DNA of 48,621 bases from Comamonadaceae bacterium (GTDB taxonomy: Bacteria; Pseudomonadota; Gammaproteobacteria; Burkholderiales; Burkholderiaceae_C), in assembly GCA_947451995.1 (NCBI GenBank), contig CANGCI010000001.1, positions 1 through 48,621 on the forward strand, in the 5' to 3' direction. This document shows, piece after piece, positions 1-8,936 of this stretch. The translations under genes were made by a program, and so were the position numbers. Each line of letters starts with the position of its first letter. The first letter of the stretch is position 1. Under the pieces are notes generated by a model, which was not told where the DNA came from, made no database searches, and was given only the letters and a program-made list of their open reading frames with translations.

Positions 1-2
1 GC

Positions 3-131
3 GAAGCACTGGAGGCGCAGTCGATGATTGTTCCTCGTCCACAGCCGCTGGCTTCTATGAATAAAATTTATGCCGACAACACTGCACGTTATCGCGGCAT
101 TGCCAAGGCCATGAACTTGCAGCCTGAATAA
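3..131 (+). CDS. 3' end of a Bug/TctC-family substrate-binding protein (partial, runs off window)
   Basis: Manual translation of frame 3: EALEAQSMIVPRPQPLASMNKIYADNTARYRGIAKAMNLQPE* (TAA TAA); resembles a Bug C-terminus. Confidence 0.6.
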   Translation, partial: EALEAQSMIVPRPQPLASMNKIYADNTARYRGIAKAMNLQPE

Positions 132-703
132 TAAGCAAGGGTTTTGTCAGAAGCACTGCTTCACATGCCGGGTCAAAAAACCGGCACCCAATTTGAGCAA
201 GTGTCATCAGATTGGGTCAGGGGGACATCGCCTCCCACGCCAAAGCAAAAACCTGTTTTGTTATCGAATGCAGATAGATGACGGTATTGAGTTTTTGACT
301 TGTCATAGCCAAAGTTCCAACTGCTACATGAACAGCACAAATTTAGATTTTTCGCTTGTATTTTTTCCCCAATTGAAAAGATGTGCAGCCCCTTCAATCG
401 TTTCGCAAAGTGCACTATTGCTTTCATTGAGATTTTTTCTGTTGTAAAGATTTTGAAGATAGAGCCGTAACTTTGAAGCCTCATAGATTTCTTGTCTGTT
501 AGCTGGCACACGAAGCTAAAAGAAATTCGTGTGTAGTATCAAAGTACATGAAGCTCGACCTTGATATTCACTCTTTTGTACCGGCCATTTAATGCTGAGT
601 AGAGTTCTCTCAATTTGGCAAGTCCACCAGTAACACTCTCTGACGGCTCTCGAAGTCAAGCGGCCTGAGTTGATCGAGTTGTTGTTAACGACGCTCTGAA
701 ATG

Positions 704-733
704 AAAAAAGCACTGTAAAAATCAGTGCTTTTT
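704..733. terminator. Bidirectional-looking intrinsic terminator ending the minus-strand operon
   Basis: AAAAAGCACTG-TAAAAAT-CAGTGCTTTTT perfect inverted repeat with A/T tails, 75 bp past the stop at 809. Confidence 0.75.
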
Positions 734-808
734 AATTGATGACTCAAACTAGATTAAGTCTCAATGAGTTAGTGCGATTCGTTGCATTTTTCCAAAAAAT
801 TAGAATCG

Positions 809-1777
809 TTAGTCAATTTTAGCCCCAGAACTTTTCACAACCTTTGCCCATTTCTGAACGTCAGATTCCAACATCCGTGTAAATACTTCGGGGGTGGTGA
901 TTAAGGTGTCTGCACCTTGATCTTTAAAAAAAGCTTGTGCTTCGTTTGTTTTTAAAATGGCACTGACATCTGAATTGATTTTTTCAACGACGGCTCTTGG
1001 TGTTCCTGCGGGTGCCAAAATGCCCCACCATGGACTTACATCGAAATTTGGAAATCCCAATTCAGCAATGCTAGGTACATCTGGCAAACTGCTGTTTCTT
1101 TTTGAACTAGACACTGCAATGGCTTTAAGTTTGCCGCCACGAATGAGTTGAATCACGGAGGGCACCGCACCAAAAGCGTTGTCAACATTGCCGCTGATCA
1201 CGTCTGTCATGGCTGCTGAAATTGCCTTGTAAGGCACATGAACCATATCAATTCCTGCTTCTACTTTGAGTGATTCAGAAAGTAAATGATTGATGGAGCC
1301 ATTTCCAGAAGTGGCATAACTCAATTTGGATGTTTTGCTTCTTCCTTGAGAAATCAATTGTTGAAAATTTTGAATGGAAGAGTTGACGCCAACGACCAAG
1401 AAAAAGGGCGTAGTTGCTACCGTTGCAACGGTTTGGAAATCCTTAACGGAATCAAATGGAATCTTTGCATAAAGGCTGGGATTGACTGCTTGTGATCCTG
1501 CGTAGGTTAACAACAAGGTATAGCCATCTGGCGCAGATTTGGCGACTAAATCTGTACCAATCACGCCTGCTGCACCCACTTTATTTTCTGTCACAACAGG
1601 CTGATTCCAGAGCAGGCTCAACTTTTGTGCAATGTATCTTGCGAAAACATCGGTGGCACCGCCTGCTGCTTGGGGAATGATGAGCTTGACTGGCTTATTT
1701 GGATAGTTTTGTGCGTGGCTGGAAAAGCCCAGCGTCAACAAAATCAGGGGGAGAAACACACCAATAATTTTTTTCAT
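809..1777 (-). CDS. Bug/TctC tripartite tricarboxylate transporter substrate-binding protein
   Basis: Signal peptide (SHA-Q), YPNKPVKLIIPQAAGGATD, ENKVGAAG, APDGYTLLL, HVPYK, WAKVVKSSG. Confidence 0.95.
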   Translation of the reverse strand: MKKIIGVFLPLILLTLGFSSHAQNYPNKPVKLIIPQAAGGATDVFARYIAQKLSLLWNQPVVTENKVGAAGVIGTDLVAKSAPDGYTLLLTYAGSQAVNPSLYAKIPFDSVKDFQTVATVATTPFFLVVGVNSSIQNFQQLISQGRSKTSKLSYATSGNGSINHLLSESLKVEAGIDMVHVPYKAISAAMTDVISGNVDNAFGAVPSVIQLIRGGKLKAIAVSSSKRNSSLPDVPSIAELGFPNFDVSPWWGILAPAGTPRAVVEKINSDVSAILKTNEAQAFFKDQGADTLITTPEVFTRMLESDVQKWAKVVKSSGAKID

Positions 1778-1790
1778 TTGAATTCCTTGT

Positions 1791-2495
1791 TTACAGCTGA
1801 TTCCAAGTGCTTTGAATATCCTGTATGCCTAGTTTTTCATAATTTTTATCGCAACCATGGAGGTGCCATGGATGCTCCCCTTTAAGGATCAGTTGACGTA
1901 CTGCATCTTCTTTGTTTTTTCTTTGTAGCGCACGCTCGACAACTGATTCAGCTAGTTGCCTTGGAATCACAATCACGCCATCACCGTCAGCAACAACCAA
2001 GTCGCCAGGTTCAACATGTACACCATCGCATACGATCGGTGCGTTAACACTGCCGTGTCCATTCTTTTGAGGTGAACTTGGCCCGATTTTGGTTGACCAA
2101 ACTGCCGATTGCAATTCAATTAAGTCATCTGTATCTCGGATGAACCCATCCACAACGACACCTGCAAGCCCTTTTTGCTTCGCATAAAAGGCAGCCATAT
2201 CGCCCCATTGCGCACCAGATTCGGCGCATTGCACCATGAGGACATCACCCTTTTGCGCCATATAAAGTGACTTGTGCATCATCAGGTTATCCCCTGGGGG
2301 GCAATGCGCTGTAACTGCAGGACCCGCAATTCGAACGCCTGAAAGAAGGGGGCGCATGAGGTGGCTCATGGTCTGTGCTTTTGCCAAGGTGCCCCCCATA
2401 GCCTCATGCAAATCGGAAACGCTGGTTTGCATCGCTCTTTCACAAATATCAGCAGAGACACGGGTTACTTGGGTGTATACGGTTGAAGTTGTCAT
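1791..2495 (-). CDS. RraA-family / 4-hydroxy-4-methyl-2-oxoglutarate (HMG/CHA) aldolase-like protein
   Basis: IAGPAVT, PGDNLMMH, WGDM, VVDGFIRD (metal/pyruvate-binding RD), PGDLVVADGDGVIVIP. Confidence 0.85.
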   Translation of the reverse strand: MTTSTVYTQVTRVSADICERAMQTSVSDLHEAMGGTLAKAQTMSHLMRPLLSGVRIAGPAVTAHCPPGDNLMMHKSLYMAQKGDVLMVQCAESGAQWGDMAAFYAKQKGLAGVVVDGFIRDTDDLIELQSAVWSTKIGPSSPQKNGHGSVNAPIVCDGVHVEPGDLVVADGDGVIVIPRQLAESVVERALQRKNKEDAVRQLILKGEHPWHLHGCDKNYEKLGIQDIQSTWNQL

Positions 2496-2568
2496 CGGGT
2501 CAATCCAATATTTAAAGTCGTTGTATTTGCAATAGTTGTTGGCGCTTATCTTAAGAGGTAAATTAATT

Positions 2569-3744
2569 TCATGGTTTCAAACCCATGGATCCAGCAATGG
2601 TGTTTCTTTGCATTTGCGAACTGCCGGCACCTACAGTGGTACTGCGAGAATCTCGAAAATGTCTTTGTATTTCATATTCCATGCTGTAACCGTATGCGCC
2701 AAATATTTGCATTCCTTGGTTGGATACTTTTGCATATGTTTCTGAGCCAAATAATTTGGCCATCGAGACTTCACGCATTGCGTCTGCACCGCTGATGATG
2801 ATCGAGGCTGCTCTTTCTACGAGCAATCGAGAAGCGTCTACCTCTGTTTGCATGTCCGCCAACATATGCGCAATGACTTGAAAGTCGCCGATATTTTTGC
2901 CAAATTGAGAACGTTCTTTGGCGTAATTCAATGAGATGTCCACTACTTTTTGAGCTGAGCCTACGTACCCGGCCGAAGTGAGGACGCGTTCTGTCTGAAG
3001 GCATGCAAGCAGGCCTCGCCAGCCTTTATTCAATTCTCCGACTAAGTTTGAAGTGGGGATAAATACGTCTGTGAAGAAAACCTCATAAGTACCAGTTCCT
3101 CTACGGCCTAGCATGTCAAGTTTTCGGCACTCTACGCCGGGCGAATCATTTGGCACTAAAAACATGGACATTCCTGAACGAGCAGGGGCATCAAGGTCGG
3201 ATCGTGCCAACACCTGCAAGACATTGCCATTCGCACCTGCAGCCGTATTCCAAAGTTTCTGGCCATTCAATAACCAACCACCATCAACAGCTTTTGCGTA
3301 AGATTGAATCGCACTGACATCTGATCCTGCTGCGGGCTCACTGATGCTGGTTGACAGTTTAATTTTTCCATCCATGAGCGCTGGAAGAAATGTTTGCTTT
3401 TGCGCTTCTGATCCTATTTTTAACAACGTCAGCGCTGTGTACAAAGGTACGCTGTATGCAGAATAGATGTCGTAACTCCAGTGTGCTAACTCTTGGGAAA
3501 TTAAGAGCAGATCTTTGAGATCACCGCCTAAGCCGCCGTATTCTTCTGGAAAGCCAATCCTGAACAATCCAAGTTCAACCCATGCCTTGTAGATTTCATC
3601 TGGGTAAATACCTTCTCGGTCGATTCTTTGCAAATAGTCTTCAGTAGCCAGTTTTGACATGACGCGATGCAAACTGTCTAAATACATGTTTTGATCGTCT
3701 GTGATCTCTCCTAGTAAATTAGATGAGCGTTGGTAAGAGATCAT
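2569..3744 (-). CDS. Acyl-CoA dehydrogenase (IVD/LCAD-type catalytic Glu placement)
   Basis: SISEPAAGSD, LNGQKLW, LQTER, RSQFGKNIGDFQ, QIFGAYGY, GAGSSQMQRN; start moved to the ATG at 3744, which overlaps the upstream TAA (TAATG coupling). Confidence 0.92.
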   Translation of the reverse strand: MISYQRSSNLLGEITDDQNMYLDSLHRVMSKLATEDYLQRIDREGIYPDEIYKAWVELGLFRIGFPEEYGGLGGDLKDLLLISQELAHWSYDIYSAYSVPLYTALTLLKIGSEAQKQTFLPALMDGKIKLSTSISEPAAGSDVSAIQSYAKAVDGGWLLNGQKLWNTAAGANGNVLQVLARSDLDAPARSGMSMFLVPNDSPGVECRKLDMLGRRGTGTYEVFFTDVFIPTSNLVGELNKGWRGLLACLQTERVLTSAGYVGSAQKVVDISLNYAKERSQFGKNIGDFQVIAHMLADMQTEVDASRLLVERAASIIISGADAMREVSMAKLFGSETYAKVSNQGMQIFGAYGYSMEYEIQRHFRDSRSTTVGAGSSQMQRNTIAGSMGLKP

Positions 3745-5315
3745 TAATTGACTCCTTTTTGATGCTTTGCCCAAAATGGATTTCGCAACGTTTGTTTGTC
3801 GATTTTTTGAACATGTTGCAAGCGTGGCATGCTTTCAAGAAAGTCAATTGAGCGTGGTTTTTTATAGCTTGCAATTTGGGACTTGCAATAGTCAATCAAA
3901 TCTTCTTGTGAAAGTTTGGGTGCGCCTGGCTTAAGAACAACAAAAGCATGCACAGACTCTCCCCATTTGTTATCTGGAATGCCAATGACGGCTGACTCTA
4001 GAACTGCAGGGTGTGAATCTAATGTCCGTTCAATTTCACCGCTGTAAATGTTCTCGCCACCTGAAACAATCATGTCTTTCACACGGTCCATGATGAAAAG
4101 ATAATGTGCTTCGTTGAAACGCCCTACATCGCCTGTTCGCAGCCAACCATCTTCAAGCGCTTCTTGTGTCCTTTGAGGGTCATTCCAATATCCGGACATC
4201 ATTGCGTTTGAGCGTAGCCAAATTTCACCATCCTCTCCCGTAGCGCACACTGAACGATCTTGTCTTCTAATTTGAATCTCACACCCTAAGTGGGGGTGAC
4301 CGGCAGAACGCATCAGGGCAGTGTTCACGCCACGAGATGCGTCAGCATGTGCGTATTTGTGCAGAACTGTTCCGATAGCGCCAGCTTCAGTAAGTCCGTA
4401 AAACTGTATGAGGCGCGGTCCAAAATATCGCATGGCTCGCGTCAAAGTTTCTGCTGGGATGGGCGATGACGCGTATTTGATCGTTTCTAAGGCGTCTAAG
4501 GAAACATCCTTTTGATCTAAAACATCGAGTATGGATCGCAGCATGGTAGGCGCCAAATGTATGTCTGTGACTTTTCCACTTGCCAAGGTTTCTACAACCA
4601 ATTCAGCGTCGAATTTAGATTGCAAAATCAGTTGTCCGCCACTGACTACGTATGCCATGCGTTGCGCTAACGCACCCACATGAAATAAAGGCATGATGAC
4701 CAATTGGGTACTGTCGGGTCTAACGCCTGCAGGCATTGCTAGAAGTCGGCCTGACTCTACAAGACCGCTTTGGCTTAGCATCACGCCTTTAGGGCGCCCA
4801 GTTGAGCCACTGGTGTAAATGATGTGTGCAATTGAATCGGCTGGAGGTGGCGTTGGAGGTAAGTTGCACAACGCGTTATCTACAATCGAAGCCAAATTTG
4901 GCAGGTTGTGATCTTCGCCATCCAAAAGCCACAAAGACCTTTCTTTTGGCATTTGAGGATGCACTTCGTGAAGTACCGCTTTGAAAAATGATTCACCAAT
5001 CAAAATTGAAGGTGTGCAATCAATCAAAATATTCTTTATTTCATTGGTCGCCAACCGGTGATTCAATGGGACTGCTGTAAATCCAAAAATCTCACATGCG
5101 CACATGATTTCCATCATTGCGTTCGAATTGCGTGAAATGATGGCAACGCGAGACCCTAGCTCACACCCCAAATTTGAAAGTGCATTGCCTACTTTGACTG
5201 CACGGTTCAACAACTCACGATGGGTCAATTTTGAAGTTTCGTCTTCAACAGCTATTCGTTCAGGGTAGATGCTGGCATTTCGCACCAGCAGGTCGTAAAT
5301 GCTGAGGTTGATCAT
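3744..5315 (-). CDS. AMP-forming acyl-CoA synthetase (long-chain/aryl acid-CoA ligase family)
   Basis: YTSGSTGRPKG P-loop, FYGLTE, WLRTGDVG, DRVKDMIVSGGENIY, terminal KIDK. Confidence 0.93.
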   Translation of the reverse strand: MINLSIYDLLVRNASIYPERIAVEDETSKLTHRELLNRAVKVGNALSNLGCELGSRVAIISRNSNAMMEIMCACEIFGFTAVPLNHRLATNEIKNILIDCTPSILIGESFFKAVLHEVHPQMPKERSLWLLDGEDHNLPNLASIVDNALCNLPPTPPPADSIAHIIYTSGSTGRPKGVMLSQSGLVESGRLLAMPAGVRPDSTQLVIMPLFHVGALAQRMAYVVSGGQLILQSKFDAELVVETLASGKVTDIHLAPTMLRSILDVLDQKDVSLDALETIKYASSPIPAETLTRAMRYFGPRLIQFYGLTEAGAIGTVLHKYAHADASRGVNTALMRSAGHPHLGCEIQIRRQDRSVCATGEDGEIWLRSNAMMSGYWNDPQRTQEALEDGWLRTGDVGRFNEAHYLFIMDRVKDMIVSGGENIYSGEIERTLDSHPAVLESAVIGIPDNKWGESVHAFVVLKPGAPKLSQEDLIDYCKSQIASYKKPRSIDFLESMPRLQHVQKIDKQTLRNPFWAKHQKGVN

Positions 5316-5992
5316 TGAGTAAACCTTTGTTGTTCTAAATTAGATTTTTTTTCGAACTGCGCGACCATTTCATGCGCGGCTTGTTGAGCAAGCGCAATGC
5401 ATTCATGAGGTGCGCAAACCTGCGAAACCAATCCCCATTTCTGAGCTTGTTCTGAATTGAATCGCCTACCTGTCAGACTCGCATAGCTAGCACCTCGTCG
5501 CGTCATCGCGATACCGACTGACTTGGCAATCGGCCCTCCGGGTACAAAGCCAAAATTGATTTCTGGCAAGCCAAATATTGCGTTGTCGCTAGCAATAACC
5601 CAAGTGGCACACTCCAACATAGGAAATGCACCTCCTAAGCAGTAGCCTTCTACTGCGCAAATAATGGGTTGATTCAAAAGGCGCAGTTGCCGGCTTCGCC
5701 AATGGTTCGTTGCTTGTCTGGCTTTGGCCAGCTCAACTGGTGTGCGATCTGAATGGTCAAAGAAATCTTTCATGTCCATTCCAGTTGAAAAATTTCCACC
5801 CAAACCTCTCAAGAGAAGAACCTTGATTCGTTCATCATGTTGAATTAAATTGAGCAGGGACTCAATTTCGAGTGTCATTTCAACGCCTATGGCATTCTTT
5901 TTATCTGGACGATTCAGAGCAATCGTCAATACGCCAGCCGTCAACTCAATCGACAGTTGACAGAATCTCTTAGATTCAAAGGTGCTAAGCAT
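5312..5992 (-). CDS. Crotonase-superfamily protein, C-terminally shortened HCHL-like paralog
   Basis: LNRPDKKNA, GMDMKDFF, GYCLGG, FGLPEINFG; ends about 45 aa earlier than its neighbour; stop overlaps the ligase ATG (ATGA). Confidence 0.85.
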   Translation of the reverse strand: MLSTFESKRFCQLSIELTAGVLTIALNRPDKKNAIGVEMTLEIESLLNLIQHDERIKVLLLRGLGGNFSTGMDMKDFFDHSDRTPVELAKARQATNHWRSRQLRLLNQPIICAVEGYCLGGAFPMLECATWVIASDNAIFGLPEINFGFVPGGPIAKSVGIAMTRRGASYASLTGRRFNSEQAQKWGLVSQVCAPHECIALAQQAAHEMVAQFEKKSNLEQQRFTQ

Positions 5993-6010
5993 GCAAAGTT
6001 GCCTCTGGCA

Positions 6011-6835
6011 TTAGCTGCCTAAGCCTGGTTTGAACTTTCCGTCAAGAAAGTTGGCAACCGATGATGCTCTGGACGTCGCGCCTTTTTGAAGTGATTTCAG
6101 CTCCGTAAATTTTGCTGTGTTGTAGCTTAAGGCTGCATCCCATTCCATGCTTTTCACATGCTCTAGACTTTCTTTTGTGAATTGGAGCGCAATTGGATCT
6201 TTAGAAACAAGTTCACGTGCAAGGCTCAGTGTCTCCGCCTCCAATTGATCTGCGGGCCATGATTTCGTAATGAATCCGCTTGCTTCCGCTTGAGGCCCGC
6301 TAAACGAACGTCCACTGAGAGAGTAGTAACTCGCTGCGCGTGGGTGCATCGCCAATGCCAGAGACTTTGCAACTGGACCTGCTGGAAAATGTCCAAAATT
6401 GATCTCTGAAAGAGCAAAATTGGTTGTGTCTGCACAGAATGCTATATCGCATGCCTCTACGATTGCAAAACCTCCCCCATAACAAAAACCATGAATCATT
6501 GCGATGGTTGGTTGCGGTAGTTTGCGTAGAAGCCTAACTCGCCAGTGATTTGCAGCTTCTTTTGCTGCAATTAGGCTTGCTTCATCGTGCTCCGACAAGT
6601 CAAAGAAATCCTTGATGTCCATTCCTGCACAAAAACCTTCTCCCGCCCCTTTAAGGATCACCACGCGGACTGCTTTGCTGGCTGCAACAGCCACTAACAA
6701 ATTTTGCATTTCAAAGGTAAACTCCACATTCATGGCGTTCCTTTTCTGAGGGCGATTCATGGTGATCGTTAAGATACCTTCATCACTGAGTTCGACCAGG
6801 ATGTGCTTTGACGATTTAATTTCATTGGTGGACAT
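6011..6835 (-). CDS. p-Hydroxycinnamoyl-CoA hydratase-lyase (HCHL/Ech)-like crotonase
   Basis: NRPQKRNAM, AGMDIKDFF, W..RLLR...PTIAM, LSEINFG, and the HCHL-type tail FLDGKFKPGL. Confidence 0.88.
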   Translation of the reverse strand: MSTNEIKSSKHILVELSDEGILTITMNRPQKRNAMNVEFTFEMQNLLVAVAASKAVRVVILKGAGEGFCAGMDIKDFFDLSEHDEASLIAAKEAANHWRVRLLRKLPQPTIAMIHGFCYGGGFAIVEACDIAFCADTTNFALSEINFGHFPAGPVAKSLALAMHPRAASYYSLSGRSFSGPQAEASGFITKSWPADQLEAETLSLARELVSKDPIALQFTKESLEHVKSMEWDAALSYNTAKFTELKSLQKGATSRASSVANFLDGKFKPGLGS

Positions 6836-6881
6836 GACTAATGTTTCTCTAACGTGGTTGATGTCCTAAATTGTCTGTACT

Positions 6882-6900
6882 TATGAGCGCAGTGCCCATA
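6882..6900. promoter_or_regulatory. Candidate operator in the LysR/ech divergent region
   Basis: Imperfect inverted repeat TATGAGC-GCAGT-GCCCATA in the 95-bp intergenic region. Confidence 0.3.
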
Positions 6901-6930
6901 CTTGTTTTTGAATGATCGGCATTGACTAAA

Positions 6931-7848
6931 ATGGATGTTCCACGTGTAGATGCATGGTCTTTGCACTGCCTCACTGTTCTGATCAAAGAACGCAATGTGA
7001 CCAGAGCAGGCGCAGTTCTGGACTTGTCTCAACCAGCGACCAGCGCTGTGTTGTCGAAACTCCGGGTCTTGTTTGGCGATCCCCTGTTGGTGAAGTCATC
7101 TGCGGGAATGATTCCAACACCGCGCGCTCTTGAGTTGGCCATGCAGGCTGATCAAGTTTTGGACGGTATGCGTCGAATGACGCAGCCTACCGAGCAGGGA
7201 TTTAACCCATCAAGCTTTCAAGGCAGCATTTCCATTGCTGCAACCGATATCGTTCGTTTGTTGATACTGCCGGAATTGTTAAGCGTATTGGAAGTCGAGG
7301 CGCCAGGCCTTTCAATCAAGATTAGCAATGCTGATCGAACTCGCATTCACGAGAGACTTGAAAGGGCAGAAATTGACCTTGGATTAGGTCCGCAAGAAGT
7401 TTCTTCGGGCAGATTGCATTTTCGTGATTTGTGGACCGATACGGCTTCTTGTTTGGTTCGAAGGGGAGTGATTGATACCAATCAATCATTGACGCTGTCA
7501 ACGTTGATGGAACTTTCTCACATCAAACTGGTTCCCAGTCAACCTAGTCACTTCGATGATCAATTGGACAAGGTCCTGTCTCTTGAAGGTCTTAATCGCA
7601 AAGTGAAAGTACTAGAGCCTAGTTTTCTGATGGTTCCGAGCTTGCTTTCAACCAGTGACCTTGTTGCAACCGTCCCTAAACGTTTTGCAGATCGCGTTTG
7701 CTCCGATACTAATTTTCAACAATATGTTCCACCTGTATCACTGGGTCAAATGTGTATCGGAATTTATTGGCATGAACGTACACACAAAGAGCCATTATTC
7801 AGGTGGCTCAGAGCGCGAATTTGTGCATTGGCTGGCGTCTCTATTTAA
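6931..7848 (+). CDS. LysR-type transcriptional regulator (NodD/NahR/LeuO-like)
   Basis: HTH ERNVTRAG..LDLSQPATSAVLSKLR..FGDPLLV, PTPRA, C-terminal YWHER..WLR; ATG at 6931 preferred over TTG at 6922. Confidence 0.93.
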   Translation: MDVPRVDAWSLHCLTVLIKERNVTRAGAVLDLSQPATSAVLSKLRVLFGDPLLVKSSAGMIPTPRALELAMQADQVLDGMRRMTQPTEQGFNPSSFQGSISIAATDIVRLLILPELLSVLEVEAPGLSIKISNADRTRIHERLERAEIDLGLGPQEVSSGRLHFRDLWTDTASCLVRRGVIDTNQSLTLSTLMELSHIKLVPSQPSHFDDQLDKVLSLEGLNRKVKVLEPSFLMVPSLLSTSDLVATVPKRFADRVCSDTNFQQYVPPVSLGQMCIGIYWHERTHKEPLFRWLRARICALAGVSI

Positions 7849-8848
7849 TTCTGTTTTTGATTGATTCAATTCGCGCTTTCCAGTCTCTAACGTCTTTTGC
7901 TAAAAATGCTTGGAAATTTGCGGGCTCCACCGTTGCTGGTTCTAGTCCGTTTGCCATGATTGCATTTGCCTGATAGCTTGGCGACTTTGCAATACTCCAA
8001 ATTGCTTCTGCCAACATGTTCTTAATCGGCTCTGGCGTGTTGCCGTGCATGATGATTCCAAACCAACCTCGTGCCTCATAATTTGGCAGCCCTCCCTCTG
8101 CAAATGTCGGGACCATCGGCAAGCTATGAAGTCGCTGGGTGCCTGAATATGCCAAGCCTTTAAGTTTGCCGTTGCGAATATGGGGGCCTGGTGCAGCTGG
8201 CGCTGAAATCATCACTTGCACACGTCCAGCTAACAGGTCGATCACAGCAGGTGCTACGCCCTGATATGGAATATGAACAATGTCCAACTTTTCTGCCAAG
8301 TTCAGGATTTCCATCATCATTTGCGGTTGGCTGCCCACGCCAACAGACGCGTAACTTAGTTTGCCTGGGTTTTGTTTGGCATAAGCTAAAAATTCCGGAA
8401 GCGTTTGAACTGGAAGTGTGGGACTCATGCTCAAGACGGACCCATATTGAGTCAGCATTGAAATTGCGGCGAAGTCAGTCTCGGATTTGTAGGGCGGCGT
8501 ATTGCCCATGATCGGTGCAATTGCAGGCGCCAAAGAAAGCCCAGCTTCATTGGCAAGCATCATGGTGTAACCATCTGCTGGAGAATTAAGCAAATGTTGA
8601 GCGCCAATCACAGTATTGGCACCGGGTCTATTCTCAATGACGACAACCTGCTTGAAGCGATCGCCCAATTGCTGGGCCAATGGTCTTGCTAAAGCATCGG
8701 CGGGTCCACCAGGTGGGAAAGGTACGATGATTTTGATTGGTTTCTCAGGGAACTTTGATGCTGAAGCCTGTGCTTGAGCGCTGTTGCTCCATAAATAGGC
8801 ACTGGATGCACCTGCTGAAATCCACTTTAAGAGTGATCTTCTTTTCAT
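7841..8848 (-). CDS. Bug/TctC substrate-binding protein with probable Tat signal
   Basis: GGAGA RBS before the ATG at 8848; MKRRSLLK twin-arginine motif; PFPPGGPAD, ENRPGA, HIPYQG. Confidence 0.93.
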   Translation of the reverse strand: MKRRSLLKWISAGASSAYLWSNSAQAQASASKFPEKPIKIIVPFPPGGPADALARPLAQQLGDRFKQVVVIENRPGANTVIGAQHLLNSPADGYTMMLANEAGLSLAPAIAPIMGNTPPYKSETDFAAISMLTQYGSVLSMSPTLPVQTLPEFLAYAKQNPGKLSYASVGVGSQPQMMMEILNLAEKLDIVHIPYQGVAPAVIDLLAGRVQVMISAPAAPGPHIRNGKLKGLAYSGTQRLHSLPMVPTFAEGGLPNYEARGWFGIIMHGNTPEPIKNMLAEAIWSIAKSPSYQANAIMANGLEPATVEPANFQAFLAKDVRDWKARIESIKNRIK

Positions 8849-8923
8849 CGAATTGTCTCCTGCTTGTTTGTGCACTTAATCCAAAAGCCAACGAATTCTC
8901 TTCCTCGCTTAGCTTCTTGCATA

Positions 8924-8936
8924 TCGCATTCTTCGA
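8924..8936. promoter_or_regulatory. Candidate LysR T-N11-A box upstream of the Tat-Bug gene
   Basis: TCG-CATTCTT-CGA dyad about 75 bp upstream of the 8848 start. Confidence 0.3.

Noticed and set aside
173-713. Short ORFs 173-511, 193-447, 324-509 and 516-713
   Set aside because: Non-ATG starts, no RBS, no recognisable motifs and mutual overlaps; kept only as a possible decayed remnant
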